Shown one piece after another: positions 10,241 to 20,500 of a DNA stretch of 64,000 nt (positions are counted from its first letter, which is position 1; every line of letters begins with the position of its first letter). A program made the translations under genes and the position numbers. Below the pieces are notes generated by a model. It was not told the origin of the DNA and ran no database searches. It saw only the letters and a list, made by a program, of their open reading frames with translations. Origin of the DNA: an uncultured Candidatus Poseidoniales archaeon (lineage in GTDB: Archaea > Thermoplasmatota > Poseidoniia > Poseidoniales > Thalassarchaeaceae); NCBI GenBank assembly GCA_964563355.1, contig CAZLVU010000003.1, positions 71,076-135,075 on the forward strand. Reading direction: 5' to 3'.

Positions 10241-10275
10241 TCCTATGAGCCCGAACCATATGCCAGTGTGATAAG

Positions 10276-12318
10276 ATGGAACCAAAAGGAGAGGTTTCCG
10301 AACCGGATTCCCTTGACCCCGTGGTTCTGGGGTTCATGTGCGGTTTAGAGATTCACCAGCAACTGGCCACCGGCAAGCTCCACTCGAGGATGCCTAGCGA
10401 GCTCTATGACTTCAGGATGGAAGACATCCCCGAGGAGTGGACCCGCTCTTCTCGCAGATTGAGAGCCTCAGAGGGAGAGGGAGGGAAGACTGACGTGGCC
10501 GCACGCTTTGAACAACGCAGGAACCGAATCTTCGAATATGTCCAGACCCCAAATGCCGGGCTCATTGAGTTGGATGAGTCCCCTCCCGGGACTCACGACT
10601 CGGATGCAGTCGACGTTGTTCTCACAATGGCCGCGATGATGGGGGCCAAGCCTATCCCAAATCTTCAGGTCATGAGGAAGACTGTAGTTGATGGTTCCAA
10701 CACCAGCGGTTTCCAGAGGACCACCCTGATAGCGACGGGTGGAAATATTGAGACCGTGTCCGGTAGCGTTGGAATAGACCTAATCTCACTCGAGGAAGAT
10801 TCAGCCAGGAAGCTGGACACGGTCCAGTCAGAGAACGGCGAGACAGTCATCTACACCCTCGATAGGCTGGGAACCCCTCTCGTTGAGATTGCCACTGCGC
10901 CCGACGTGAGGTCCCCGGAGCACGCCAAGCAGACCGCACTCGCACTCGGGAGGATTCTGAGGGACACAAGGAGGGTCAGGAGGGGGCTAGGTTCAATCAG
11001 GCAGGATCTCAATGTCAGCATCGCTTGTGGTGATCGGGTCGAGATCAAGGGATGTCAGGATCTAGATTGGATTCCCGGTATAATTCGTCTTGAAATGGCT
11101 CGGCAGCTTCACTTCTACCGCCTCGCCAACGATCTGAGGAAGGAGTGCTCCCTCCCCCTTCTGCCTCCCAACCGCACAGATGACGCCTTACCAGTTGAAA
11201 ACAGAGTCGCATTGGCTGCTTCTACCAGACTCCCTCTCGACATTCAGGACCTAACGGAACAATTCAATACCTGCGATTCCGAAATGGTCCGTTCCTCAGT
11301 ATACGGAGGCTCATCCGTTCTAGGAATTTCTCTGCCCGGATTCTCAGGAAGGCTTGGAGCTAAATCTTTCGATGATAACGGTTCCCAACTGCCCAGACTC
11401 GGCAGGGAGCTGGCAAGCGCGGCCAAGCTCGCTGGCGTGGCAGGCGTCTTCCACTCTGACGAACTTCCCGCCTACGGGATTTCCGAAGGAGACGTCGATG
11501 TCACCCGATCCACACTTTGCCTCTCAGAGAATGATGCATTCGTCCTCTGCGTCGCCCCTTCTTGGCAGGCGGAACTCGCTCTCGAGGCTGTCATTAACCG
11601 AGCAAGGATGGCATTTCACCGGATTCCGCAGGAGGTCAGGAACGTTGTCGTCCGCAAGGGGAAGCCCGAGGACGGAACTACCACCGCCCTAAGGCCGCTA
11701 CCCGGGGGCGCTAGGATGTATCCCGAGACCGATATACCCATCCTAGAAGTCACCTCGGATCACTGGGATGCAATTTGCGACAACCTCCCTCTGACCACTA
11801 GTGAGAGGGAAGAGCGCCTACAGGGTCTCGGGCTATCCTCAAACCAAATCGAGGCAATTCTGAATGGTGAGTTGGACGACACTCTATTCGAGGGAATCGA
11901 GGGAATCCTACAGCTCCCTCCTAAGGCCTGGGCTAGCGCCCTCTTAGAGTATGGAACAGAGAAACCTAACGCACTTGCGGTAGCTATTCACCTGCGGGAG
12001 ACGGGATCTATGACCCGGGAAGGTATCGCACCTCTGATGGCCGACTCTACGATGAGAGACCTCGAGCCTCTGTTGGAGTGGATGACAGCTGAGGCAACAT
12101 CCAGGGGTTTTGTACCAGCTGATAATTCTAAGATTGAGGCCGCTGTTGAAGAGGTGATTCAGGAAAGAGCCGACTTTGTGAATGAACGTGGCGTGGGTGC
12201 CATAGGCCCACTAATGGGGGCGGTCATGTCCAGACTGGGTGGCTCAGCCGATGGAAAAGCTGTCAGTAGGATTCTGAAGGAAAGGATTGAGGAAGCTCTG
12301 AAAAAAGACCAACTATGA
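10276..12318 (+). CDS. gatE: Glu-tRNA(Gln) amidotransferase subunit E
   Basis: GLEIHQQL, MRKTVVDGSNTSGFQRT, LEEDSAR, RRGLGSIRQDLNVSI, RPLPGGARMYPETDIP, Yqey-like tail. Confidence 0.97.
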   Translation: MEPKGEVSEPDSLDPVVLGFMCGLEIHQQLATGKLHSRMPSELYDFRMEDIPEEWTRSSRRLRASEGEGGKTDVAARFEQRRNRIFEYVQTPNAGLIELDESPPGTHDSDAVDVVLTMAAMMGAKPIPNLQVMRKTVVDGSNTSGFQRTTLIATGGNIETVSGSVGIDLISLEEDSARKLDTVQSENGETVIYTLDRLGTPLVEIATAPDVRSPEHAKQTALALGRILRDTRRVRRGLGSIRQDLNVSIACGDRVEIKGCQDLDWIPGIIRLEMARQLHFYRLANDLRKECSLPLLPPNRTDDALPVENRVALAASTRLPLDIQDLTEQFNTCDSEMVRSSVYGGSSVLGISLPGFSGRLGAKSFDDNGSQLPRLGRELASAAKLAGVAGVFHSDELPAYGISEGDVDVTRSTLCLSENDAFVLCVAPSWQAELALEAVINRARMAFHRIPQEVRNVVVRKGKPEDGTTTALRPLPGGARMYPETDIPILEVTSDHWDAICDNLPLTTSEREERLQGLGLSSNQIEAILNGELDDTLFEGIEGILQLPPKAWASALLEYGTEKPNALAVAIHLRETGSMTREGIAPLMADSTMRDLEPLLEWMTAEATSRGFVPADNSKIEAAVEEVIQERADFVNERGVGAIGPLMGAVMSRLGGSADGKAVSRILKERIEEALKKDQL

Positions 12319-12320
12319 AC

Positions 12321-12327
12321 TATAATA
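12321..12327 (+). promoter_or_regulatory. Candidate TATA box for a leaderless DUF4430 transcript
   Basis: TATAATA ends about 26 nt upstream of the in-frame ATG at 12354, which has no SD. Confidence 0.35.
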
Positions 12328-12353
12328 GGCCTATTCTGAATCCCCAGTTCCCT

Positions 12354-12911
12354 ATGGAGGCCAACAATCTCAAGCTAGCCTCAGTATTGTTGATTGTCAC
12401 ATTGGCGTTCCTAACGCCCTCAATCCAAGAAGCGTTATCCGGCGAGGTTGCTAATTATGTCAATGACAGTGAATCCGCACACCACGGGCTTCCCACTGAA
12501 TGGGAAGAAAAGCAAGTCATCTGCGTCTTCTTCCCCTCCGATTACACCCACAATGAGTTTTACCTCGGTGTAACCATGATTGATTCCGATGGTTCAGTCC
12601 TCGGCGTCAATGAGGAGCTAGGAGACTTGACGGGTGCATGCGTAGGCGGAATAGATGGTTACGAAGAAGGCATGGCTTTCATGATGGACTCCACTCGGAT
12701 CGCTGGCGGCAGGCTGGCTGTGGGTTACGAACTGGGGGAATGGGGCCCCTTCGTCCACACCATAGGCGGGCTGAATGCAGATGAGGTGAGGGGAGAATTC
12801 GGTGGAGCCTACTGGTCTCTCTCACATAATGATGTAGAATCTATGGTCGGAATCGGAGATTTGGTGATGTCAGAGGGTGACGTTCTAAGCTGGTCCATCA
12901 TGACTTGGTGA
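12354..12911 (+). CDS. Exported DUF4430 / transcobalamin C-terminal-like protein (putative cobalamin-binding); ORF is open from 12315
   Basis: N-terminal hydrophobic signal; WGPFVHTIGG...YWSLSHN...SMVGIGDLVMSEGDVLSW matches the DUF4430 pattern. Confidence 0.7.
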   Translation: MEANNLKLASVLLIVTLAFLTPSIQEALSGEVANYVNDSESAHHGLPTEWEEKQVICVFFPSDYTHNEFYLGVTMIDSDGSVLGVNEELGDLTGACVGGIDGYEEGMAFMMDSTRIAGGRLAVGYELGEWGPFVHTIGGLNADEVRGEFGGAYWSLSHNDVESMVGIGDLVMSEGDVLSWSIMTW

Positions 12912-12970
12912 GCCACTTTCATTCGCAACCATCAAGTGGGGGATGACATACAGGGGGACGGGGCGCTCAG

Positions 12971-13624
12971 ATGTACGACTTCCACAGCATCGGCCTAACC
13001 CCAATCCAGACACTGTTTCTCAACGTCTCCGCTCTGTCCCTAATCGGACTGGCTCTACTTCGCAGTGAGCGTGAACTTAACGATCAGAATCTCTGGGCTA
13101 TGCTTGGATTACTTACCGTTTTTGGAATCTCTGGGCGAATTCTGCTTGAGCCGTTGCCTAATATTCAGCCAGTAACGGCTATTGTTTTGCTGGCTGGAAT
13201 TTACTACGGGGGCCCTAGGGCGTTCGCGCTCGCCGGCACCATCGCCTTGGCATCAAACCTACTTGCTCTGGGTCATGGACCTTGGACCCTCTTTCAGATC
13301 TTGGGATGGGGTTCAGTGGCCATCACCGGCGCATTACTTTCCAATCAGCTTCTTATCGACGGCAAACTTTGCATCGGTCGAGTGGCAGTGGTAGCCGCCG
13401 TGTCAGGGTTTTTCTTCAACTGGATTGTTTCCACTAGCATCCTGATTGAGACTGATTCATCGATGCTTGTCCCATATCTGCTCAACGGATTGGTCTTCGA
13501 TCTCTACCACGCAGCCGGAAACATCGCCTTCGTTGCTTGGATGGCAATACCCCTTGGCGACATGATGCTACGTCACAGAGTCGCCCCGACTAATGTGACG
13601 GTGGGTGAATTTGCCTCGAACTGA
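12971..13624 (+). CDS. ECF transporter S-component, CbrT-like (cobalamin)
   Basis: Polytopic 217 aa; LPNIQPVTAIVLLAG, SN..LGHGPWTLFQILGW, NGLVFDLYHAAGN motifs. Confidence 0.75.
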   Translation: MYDFHSIGLTPIQTLFLNVSALSLIGLALLRSERELNDQNLWAMLGLLTVFGISGRILLEPLPNIQPVTAIVLLAGIYYGGPRAFALAGTIALASNLLALGHGPWTLFQILGWGSVAITGALLSNQLLIDGKLCIGRVAVVAAVSGFFFNWIVSTSILIETDSSMLVPYLLNGLVFDLYHAAGNIAFVAWMAIPLGDMMLRHRVAPTNVTVGEFASN

Positions 13625-13979
13625 AGAGCTTTCCATGGTCCTGGTGACTCGACAAGATTTGATTCTGTCCAAGGGGAAGCTGGCTGCTCAGTGCTCCCAC
13701 GCCACTGCTCAGTGCGTGCTGCTGGCCAAGCGAAATAGTCCGCGATCACTGGATCGATACCTGAAGCACGGAGCTAGGAAAATCGTCTGCAAGGCCCCCG
13801 ATCTAACTTCCCTAAAGCAGATTCACAAAAAGGCGAAGAAGTCTGGACTAATCAGCCACCTAGTTATCGATGCAGGCCACACTGAGATCCCACCTGGCAC
13901 AGAGACCGTATTGGGAGTTGGTCCCGGCCCAAGGAAAGAAATAGACAAGATCACAGGCGACCTCCCTTTGGTGAGTTGA
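13605..13979 (+). CDS. pth2: Peptidyl-tRNA hydrolase Pth2 (alternative start 13635)
   Basis: R.DL.LSKGKLAAQCSHA, KIVCK, DAGHTEIPPGTETVLGVGP, IDKITG.LPL. Confidence 0.95.
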   Translation: MNLPRTEELSMVLVTRQDLILSKGKLAAQCSHATAQCVLLAKRNSPRSLDRYLKHGARKIVCKAPDLTSLKQIHKKAKKSGLISHLVIDAGHTEIPPGTETVLGVGPGPRKEIDKITGDLPLVS

Positions 13980-14044
13980 CTTATTGCAGAGACCGATCCA
14001 GTGTTCGGGAGAAGAATCATGAGTGAGACTTCATTGGGGTTACC

Positions 14045-14569
14045 ATGGTTACACAGGCTCTGTTGTCATCCGAGGAGCGCTCTGACCTGATTTCCGATTG
14101 TGGGGGTATTTCAGGAATTATCGAATGGCTGGATGGCATGAATCGGCGCCCTGGCCTGGATGAGCTAAATGACAGGCTATCGAACCTGAACGTCAACATC
14201 GACGCAATCGAGCGTTGCATCGGATACTCTGAAAACGGCTACCAGAGGAACGTCATAAAGAAGAACGAACACTACGAGTTGGTTGCCATATGCTGGTCCC
14301 CCGGCCAAGAAACCCCGATACATGATCACGTTGGAAGTGATTGCGCCTTCCTGATACTTTCCGGTGTCTGCACGGAGACAATCTACGATACCAACGAGAT
14401 GGGACTAGCAGTGCCAATTGACCAAAGAGAGTACCGTCAAGGAGGTGTTTGTGCCGCTGAGGAGCCAGACATCCACAGGGTCTCCAATGACACCGACGAC
14501 AGCCTGATCAACCTGCACGTTTACACTCCCCCCCTCAGCAGCTTCAACATCTATGCTCCAGCCGACTAA
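14045..14569 (+). CDS. Cysteine dioxygenase type I family (cupin)
   Basis: YQRN, W.PGQETPIHDH..SDC, IHRVSN, LHVYTPP; three-His iron site. Confidence 0.88.
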   Translation: MVTQALLSSEERSDLISDCGGISGIIEWLDGMNRRPGLDELNDRLSNLNVNIDAIERCIGYSENGYQRNVIKKNEHYELVAICWSPGQETPIHDHVGSDCAFLILSGVCTETIYDTNEMGLAVPIDQREYRQGGVCAAEEPDIHRVSNDTDDSLINLHVYTPPLSSFNIYAPAD

Positions 14570-14582
14570 TATGTTCGGGCCC

Positions 14583-16166
14583 TTAACTACCCAATGTCAT
14601 GATTTGGAGCGCCTGTTGTACCCACATCATCTTCGTTACCCTACCGGGTGTGTACTCAAGCGCATCATTGACGACCTCTGCAGTCACCGGATCCATTCTG
14701 GAAATTTGCTCATAGGTCCGTATGCCTAGGGCGTTGAGCTTCATTTGTGCGAAATCGTCTAGACCCTCGATTTGAGTCAGATCATCGGGTTCCGAATCCT
14801 CCCCCTCTCCAATTTGCATCCAATTGATCTGAACAGCCTTCAGGCGGACTCTCTCCAGGATCAACTCCTCCCTCTCCATTTTGTCAGCTTTGAGCCTCAA
14901 ATCAGCCTCGTAGGCTTCCCTCTCCGCTTTCTGGGCAGCGGTCTCAACCCCAACCAGATCGTCCTCCTTGGACTTAAGCTCCGTTTGCATCTTCGCGATA
15001 TCTTCCTGAACTTTCTCAGCCTCCTTCGCGGCTTCGTCCTTGAACTTGTGACTATCCTCGATTTCCTTCTCTATCTTCAGCTTCTCTTTGATGGCCTTCT
15101 TGGCGTCTGCCTTGGCTGCAGCGACTTCTTTCTGAGCTGCCTTTGTGTCTTTATGAAGCGCCTTGGCTGCCTTCATCTCATCCTTCATCTGGTTCTTTAC
15201 GTCCTTCAGAGCGCCTTTGGTTTCATCCGCTTCAGCCTTGGCTTCTTCCAGCATGGCCTTCTTGTCGGCCATCTCATTCTCTAGCTTGGCCTCAGCCTGA
15301 GCACGCTTGGCTTGGAAATCCTCCAGTTGCTTCTCTGCCTGAGTTTTTGCTTTCCCGGAACTCTTAATTTGCTTCTCAGCCACTTTCTTCTCCATCTCGG
15401 CCTTCTTAAGCTCCGCTTCTGCCTTAGCTGCGGCTTTCGCTTCCTTAGCCAGATCCTTGCTGACAGCCTTTGCCTCCGCCATGGCAACCTTGGCCTCAGC
15501 CTCTGCGGCCTTTGCTGCGATCCCCTCTTCCTTCGCCTTGGCTTTGAGCTCCATTTCCTTTTCTCGGAGTTCTTCTGGAGACATCTTGGGCGAGTTTTTC
15601 GCATCCTCCAGAGATTTCTTTGCAGCCTCGGCCTGCTTCTGGGCCTGCTTCCGACCAGCCTCTGCTTTCTTTACCTCGATCTCCGCCTTTGCCACAGCCT
15701 TAGCCTCTTTGGCTGCTTCCTTCTTCGCTGCCACTTGCTGCTTGGCAGCAGCCTTAGCCTCCGCCATGGCTGCCTTGGCGTCTGATTTAGCCTGCGCTTG
15801 CTTGGCCTTTGCCGCGGCCTTTGCCTCAGCAGGGTCAGCTGCGTCATCCGGAGCTTCCTTATTGGGGGCAGCCTTCTTCTTGGTAGCAGCCTTCTTCGGC
15901 TTCTCCTCCTCTGGCTCCGGCTCCTCCTCTGGCTCCGGCTCCGGCTTAGCAGCCTTCTTTGGGGAAGCCTTGCCGTATTTCTTCTGAAGTGCCTTCAGCA
16001 TCGTGCCATAGTCTCCATCAAACTTCTTCAGGAGCTTTGGGATATTCTCAATTTGCTTGGAACGCTCAGGCTCCTCCAAGAACTCATTGTAAGTAGCCTT
16101 GGCTATATTCGCAGCCTGTTCTGCTGTCGGTCCCCCTGCCACGACCTTTTGAAGGCCGTCTATCAC
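14583..16166 (-). CDS. Ala/Lys/Glu-rich coiled-coil protein with C-terminal HhH-like (DUF4332/COG3743-like) domain
   Basis: Long AKE-rich helix; C-terminal REELILERV..QINW.QIG..DDLTQIEGLD.FAQMKLNALGI, paralogous to the tail of 5623..7437. Confidence 0.75.
   Translation of the reverse strand: MIDGLQKVVAGGPTAEQAANIAKATYNEFLEEPERSKQIENIPKLLKKFDGDYGTMLKALQKKYGKASPKKAAKPEPEPEEEPEPEEEKPKKAATKKKAAPNKEAPDDAADPAEAKAAAKAKQAQAKSDAKAAMAEAKAAAKQQVAAKKEAAKEAKAVAKAEIEVKKAEAGRKQAQKQAEAAKKSLEDAKNSPKMSPEELREKEMELKAKAKEEGIAAKAAEAEAKVAMAEAKAVSKDLAKEAKAAAKAEAELKKAEMEKKVAEKQIKSSGKAKTQAEKQLEDFQAKRAQAEAKLENEMADKKAMLEEAKAEADETKGALKDVKNQMKDEMKAAKALHKDTKAAQKEVAAAKADAKKAIKEKLKIEKEIEDSHKFKDEAAKEAEKVQEDIAKMQTELKSKEDDLVGVETAAQKAEREAYEADLRLKADKMEREELILERVRLKAVQINWMQIGEGEDSEPDDLTQIEGLDDFAQMKLNALGIRTYEQISRMDPVTAEVVNDALEYTPGRVTKMMWVQQALQIMTLGS
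15903..15938. repeat. 18-nt tandem repeat x2 (encodes PEPEEE)
   Basis: CTCCTCCTCTGGCTCCGG repeated exactly. Confidence 0.8.
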
Positions 16167-16228
16167 TTAAGGATTTGACCAAGACAACAACAATGACCCA
16201 TTGAAACCGAAGAAATCCAAAATCCCCC

Positions 16229-17467
16229 TTATTTCTTCTCCCCAAGCAACTCCTCTAGCCGACTCAACCCCAAATCGACGTTTTCATATGGTGGGCCAAA
16301 GGAGAATCTGACCCATTGACGGAACGGGCTCTCTTCGGTCCTTTTCCCACCGGGATTAACGTCGAAGAACTCCCCTGGCACGGTCATGACCTTCTTTTCC
16401 AAAGCAGCCCAGAACATTCCCATTCCGTCGTTCAGCGGTTCTGGTAGCCCTTCAACACAGGCCCAAACGTAGAATGTCGCTGCTCCGGGAAGACACCGCA
16501 TTCCCATTTTCGTCAGCCTCTCCACCATCATATTCCTCTTCTTCACAAAGACTTCTCGCAGAGCACTGGTCTCCAAATCAGCGTATTCTGGCTCTAGTGC
16601 ACGCAAAGCCATCCTCTGGACAACCCTGCTAGGGCCCCCATCAATCGCGCTCGCGGCCCTCCCTAGAGTCTCAATTATTTCCGGCGGACCGAGGACCCAC
16701 CCGATCCTCCATCCTGGGTACCTGAAGGACTTCGTGAGCCCGTCAATGACAAGAATGGGATCGGAATCAGGGTCCTCTACAAACCCCGCGGAGGATACCG
16801 GGCCACAACCCGCCTCGAGACCATCATAGATGAAGTGGGAATAGAACTCGTCCATTACCAATGTGCATCCCTCTCTACGGGAGGTTTCACAATAGGAGGC
16901 TAACTCATCTCCTTGGATCACATGCCCAGTGGGATTGCATGGATTTGAGACAAGGAACGAATCCAGAGATTTGGCAGCCTCGGCAAATCGAGTGGCTGGA
17001 ATCGAAAAGTTCTCCCCCTCGATCGTAGGGATTAGCACCGGTTCCAGTCTGTTAGAGGCGTAGTCCATCATGTCCTGGTACGCAGTGTAGTCTGGGACTT
17101 GGTAACCCATCCTGCCCCTCACCGCGCCGAAGACACGGCTGAGCATCAGCCGCCCCCCTTGGGCCACGCCGACATTTTCCACCCTGTACGGCTTCTTATC
17201 ACGTCGGTAGTACCTGTTGTAGTGGTCCGCTACTGCTTGACGCATCTCGTCTGTGCCGTTGATGGGGCCATATGCCTGATCCTCTGGTTCGATTACTACC
17301 GATCGGAGCCTGTCCGGAGCCCCCTCCATCTCACCAATTTCAGGTTGCCCTTGGCCTAGGTTGCACCAGTCTGGGTTTCCGTTCCAGAAGCCTCTCTTGT
17401 GGGCCTCGGCGACAACCCAGATTACGCCCATGTACGGAACCTCACGGAATGCGCCACCCCCTGCCAT
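16229..17467 (-). CDS. PLP-dependent aminotransferase class I/II (aspartate aminotransferase-like)
   Basis: NLGQGQP, SNPCNPTG, DEFY, GLTKSFRYPGWRIGW (PLP lysine), VRFSFG; start moved to ATG 17467 to avoid overlapping the divergent gene. Confidence 0.9.
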   Translation of the reverse strand: MAGGGAFREVPYMGVIWVVAEAHKRGFWNGNPDWCNLGQGQPEIGEMEGAPDRLRSVVIEPEDQAYGPINGTDEMRQAVADHYNRYYRRDKKPYRVENVGVAQGGRLMLSRVFGAVRGRMGYQVPDYTAYQDMMDYASNRLEPVLIPTIEGENFSIPATRFAEAAKSLDSFLVSNPCNPTGHVIQGDELASYCETSRREGCTLVMDEFYSHFIYDGLEAGCGPVSSAGFVEDPDSDPILVIDGLTKSFRYPGWRIGWVLGPPEIIETLGRAASAIDGGPSRVVQRMALRALEPEYADLETSALREVFVKKRNMMVERLTKMGMRCLPGAATFYVWACVEGLPEPLNDGMGMFWAALEKKVMTVPGEFFDVNPGGKRTEESPFRQWVRFSFGPPYENVDLGLSRLEELLGEKK

Positions 17468-17569
17468 GCCTTCGCGTGGCAAAGGAGACAAATTAGTTTG
17501 ACCTTCAGCGTCCTTGACTCTCATCGGAATCCGAAAAACCGTTAATACGTTCATTACACTTCGAGAATT

Positions 17570-20500
17570 ATGAGCACCCAGTATGCACACAAAAGAGCCT
17601 TGGCATTCACCCTAGCGTTTCTGTTCCTCGGAATGTCGGCTTCTTTAGGTCTTCAATCAGTCGATAAAGAGGAACTACAAGACGAGAGTAGCCCTATGAA
17701 CACACATTCCGACCTCAACTTCCCCGGTTCAACCCTTGGATCAATACATTCTCTCACTGCAATCGGAGCGGCATACAACTACACCTGCGTGGTGATGGAC
17801 AACAATATGATGAAGTGCTGGGGGAGAGGAGGGGCGGGATACCTCGGAAACGGTGCCATCTCGAACCGATATACCCCTGACAACGTAAGTATGCCAGCCA
17901 ACACTGGCGCTGCGGAGATGAGTGGCGCCGACGGCCACCACAGCTGCTTCATCTCGTTAAACGGCTCCTTCTACTGCTGGGGGGAGGATAGTGGCGGCCA
18001 GATCGGACACGGCCACTGGGGCGGGTCTTGGTGGACACCCCACGGGCCATCCACATTGGGCACGAGGACCGCAATCACTGTGGTTACTGGTTTACATCAC
18101 TCTTGTGGCATAGCGGACGACCTGACCGCCTGGTGCTGGGGGAAGAACGACAACGGACAAGTAGGCATCGGGGGAGGCACAGAGAACGTCGACACCCCAA
18201 CACAAGTCGACCTCCCTGCCGGACGGACTGCAGTTTCGATCAACGCTGCCATCGACACGACCTGCGTCGTCCTCGACAATGGCAGCGGGATGTGCTGGGG
18301 GCTGAACATGAACGGCCATCTCGGTGACGGAACCTACAACGACAGGGACGTCCCCACTCCGATCACGGTACTCCCCGAGAACCGCTCCTTGGTTGCAATC
18401 GAGGTCGGCTTCAAACACACCTGCGGTATCCTCGACGACGGATTGGTGTATTGCTGGGGGAACAACACTGCTGGGCAATTCGGCGATGGAACCAACATCA
18501 GCTCGACTTACCCAAGGGTTGCCTCCCTGCCTCCGGGAAGGACGGCAATTTCGATAGATGCTGGCAGCCACCACACCTGCGCGATACTCGATGACAGTAG
18601 CGCTTACTGCTGGGGGAGGAACCAAGACGGGCAGCTCGGTGACGGTACCACCAACAACAGCACCACTCCCGTCAGAGTCTCGATGCCACCCGGACTCGGG
18701 GTCGCCGAGATCTCAGCAGGAAACTTTCATTCCTGCGCGGTAGCGACCAACGCATCCGTATACTGCTGGGGGGGCCATGGACAGGGAGCACTAGGGCTCG
18801 GTGAGGACGTTGACAGCGACGTCCCCGCCTACGTTGATCTCGGTACGGGCAGGCACGCCCTGATGAGCGAGAGGGACAATGACGATGATGGGTTAGTCAA
18901 CATCTTCGATCCGTTCCCAGACGGCTGTCCTGTGGGGACTTACGTATCTAACGAGAACTGCCTAGAGGCCGGTCCAGGCTATTATGCAGACGGTTTCGAA
19001 CAATTCCCATGCGCCCCTGGGTCCTACCAACCCGCCTCAGGTCAGGTTGGGTGTATCCCCACTTATCCCGGATACTTCGTCAACGAGTCCGCTGCCGCTA
19101 GCCAGACTCCCTGCCCACCCGGCAGTTACCAGCCTAGTGGGAACCAGACCTCCTGTCTGCAGGCCTCCCCCGGACACTTCAGCTCCGGCAGTGCGTCAGT
19201 CCTCCAGTACGAATGCCAACCCGGAAGCTACCAACCCAATTCCAGCGCCACTGCTTGCATACAATCTGATGCGGGGTACTTCGTCAACGAGTCTGCAGCA
19301 GCTAGCCAGACTCCATGCCCTCCGGGGCAATACCAATTGCTCACAGGACAATCCTCATGCTTCAGTGCCAGCCCAGGATTTCAGGTGACTTCTGAAGGCT
19401 CATCTGATCAGGAAGAGTGTGGACCTGGGACCTTCTCGGCTAGCTCGGGCCAGGCACAGTGTACAGACGCCTCCCCCGGTTTCTTCGTCTCAGGCTCACA
19501 GCAGTCTTCCGAGGCTCCGTGCCAACCCGGACAGTACCAGCCTGCCTCGGGCCAGACATCTTGCATGACGGTTGACCAGGGTTACTATACCAGTGTCGAG
19601 GGTACAGCTGACCAAATCCCATGTGAACCCGGCACCTACCAACCCGATGCAGGCCAAATCTCCTGCCTGGTCGTCGAACCGGGCAACTACTCATCGACGC
19701 CTGGATCTACAACTCAGACACCCTGTTCCCCGGGCACCTTCTCGGCCGATCCGGGACAGGCCAACTGCACTCAGGCTGAGCCGGGGAACTATGTGAGCCT
19801 AGACGGGGCCACATCCCAGAGCCCCTGCCCTCCAGGTGAATACCAGAACGTCTCAGGCTCCGATGGGTGTCAGCAGGCACCCCCCGGACAGGTAGTGGGA
19901 CTAGATGGGTCTTCCACGCCATCACCCTGCCCTCCGGGGAAATACCAGCCCGAGCAAGGGAGCACCTCATGCAGGGAAGCCTCCCCGGGCAACTTCGTCA
20001 ACGAGTCTGGCGCCATGGGACAGACTCCCTGCCAGCCTGGCACATACCAGCCCCAGTCTGGGCAGGCCGAGTGCATACCTGCCAGCGCTGGAAACTACGC
20101 ATCGGAAGAAGGTGCCACTATGCAGACACCCTGCTCTCAGGGAACCTTCCAGTCCTCCGAAGGCCAAGACTCCTGCACTGATGCCATGCCAGGGCACCAC
20201 GTCCCTGAAGAGGGCGCTGTGTCTCAGAGCTCCTGCAAGCCCGGCACCTACCAGCCTGAAGGAGGTCAAGAAGGATGCTTCGACGCCTCTCCAGGGAACT
20301 TCGTCAGTGGGAGCGGATCCCCATCCCAGACTCCTTGCCAACCAGGAACATACCAAAACAACCAGGGAATGGTCGGGTGTAAGAATGCGGATTCTGGAAA
20401 TTACGTCCCTGAGGCGGGAGCAACCCAGCAGCTCAGGTGCCCCTCCGGAGAGATCCAGGAACTTACTGGACAGGCGGAGTGCAAAAAACCGGAGAGGCCA

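Noticed and set aside
12912-12970. Possible cobalamin riboswitch before the S-component gene
   Set aside because: Only 59 nt and no recognisable B12-box
14772-16178. Several overlapping plus-strand ORFs
   Set aside because: Antisense to the AKE-rich gene 14583..16166; stop-poor because of codon composition
17468-17590. Extended N-terminus of the aminotransferase overlapping the RCC1 gene
   Set aside because: Region looks like a divergent AT-richer promoter interval; family similarity starts near ATG 17467
19010-20482. Regular repeat array considered as CRISPR or a DGR template
   Set aside because: Repeats are degenerate, in frame and protein-level; no identical repeat-spacer pattern, cas gene or reverse transcriptase
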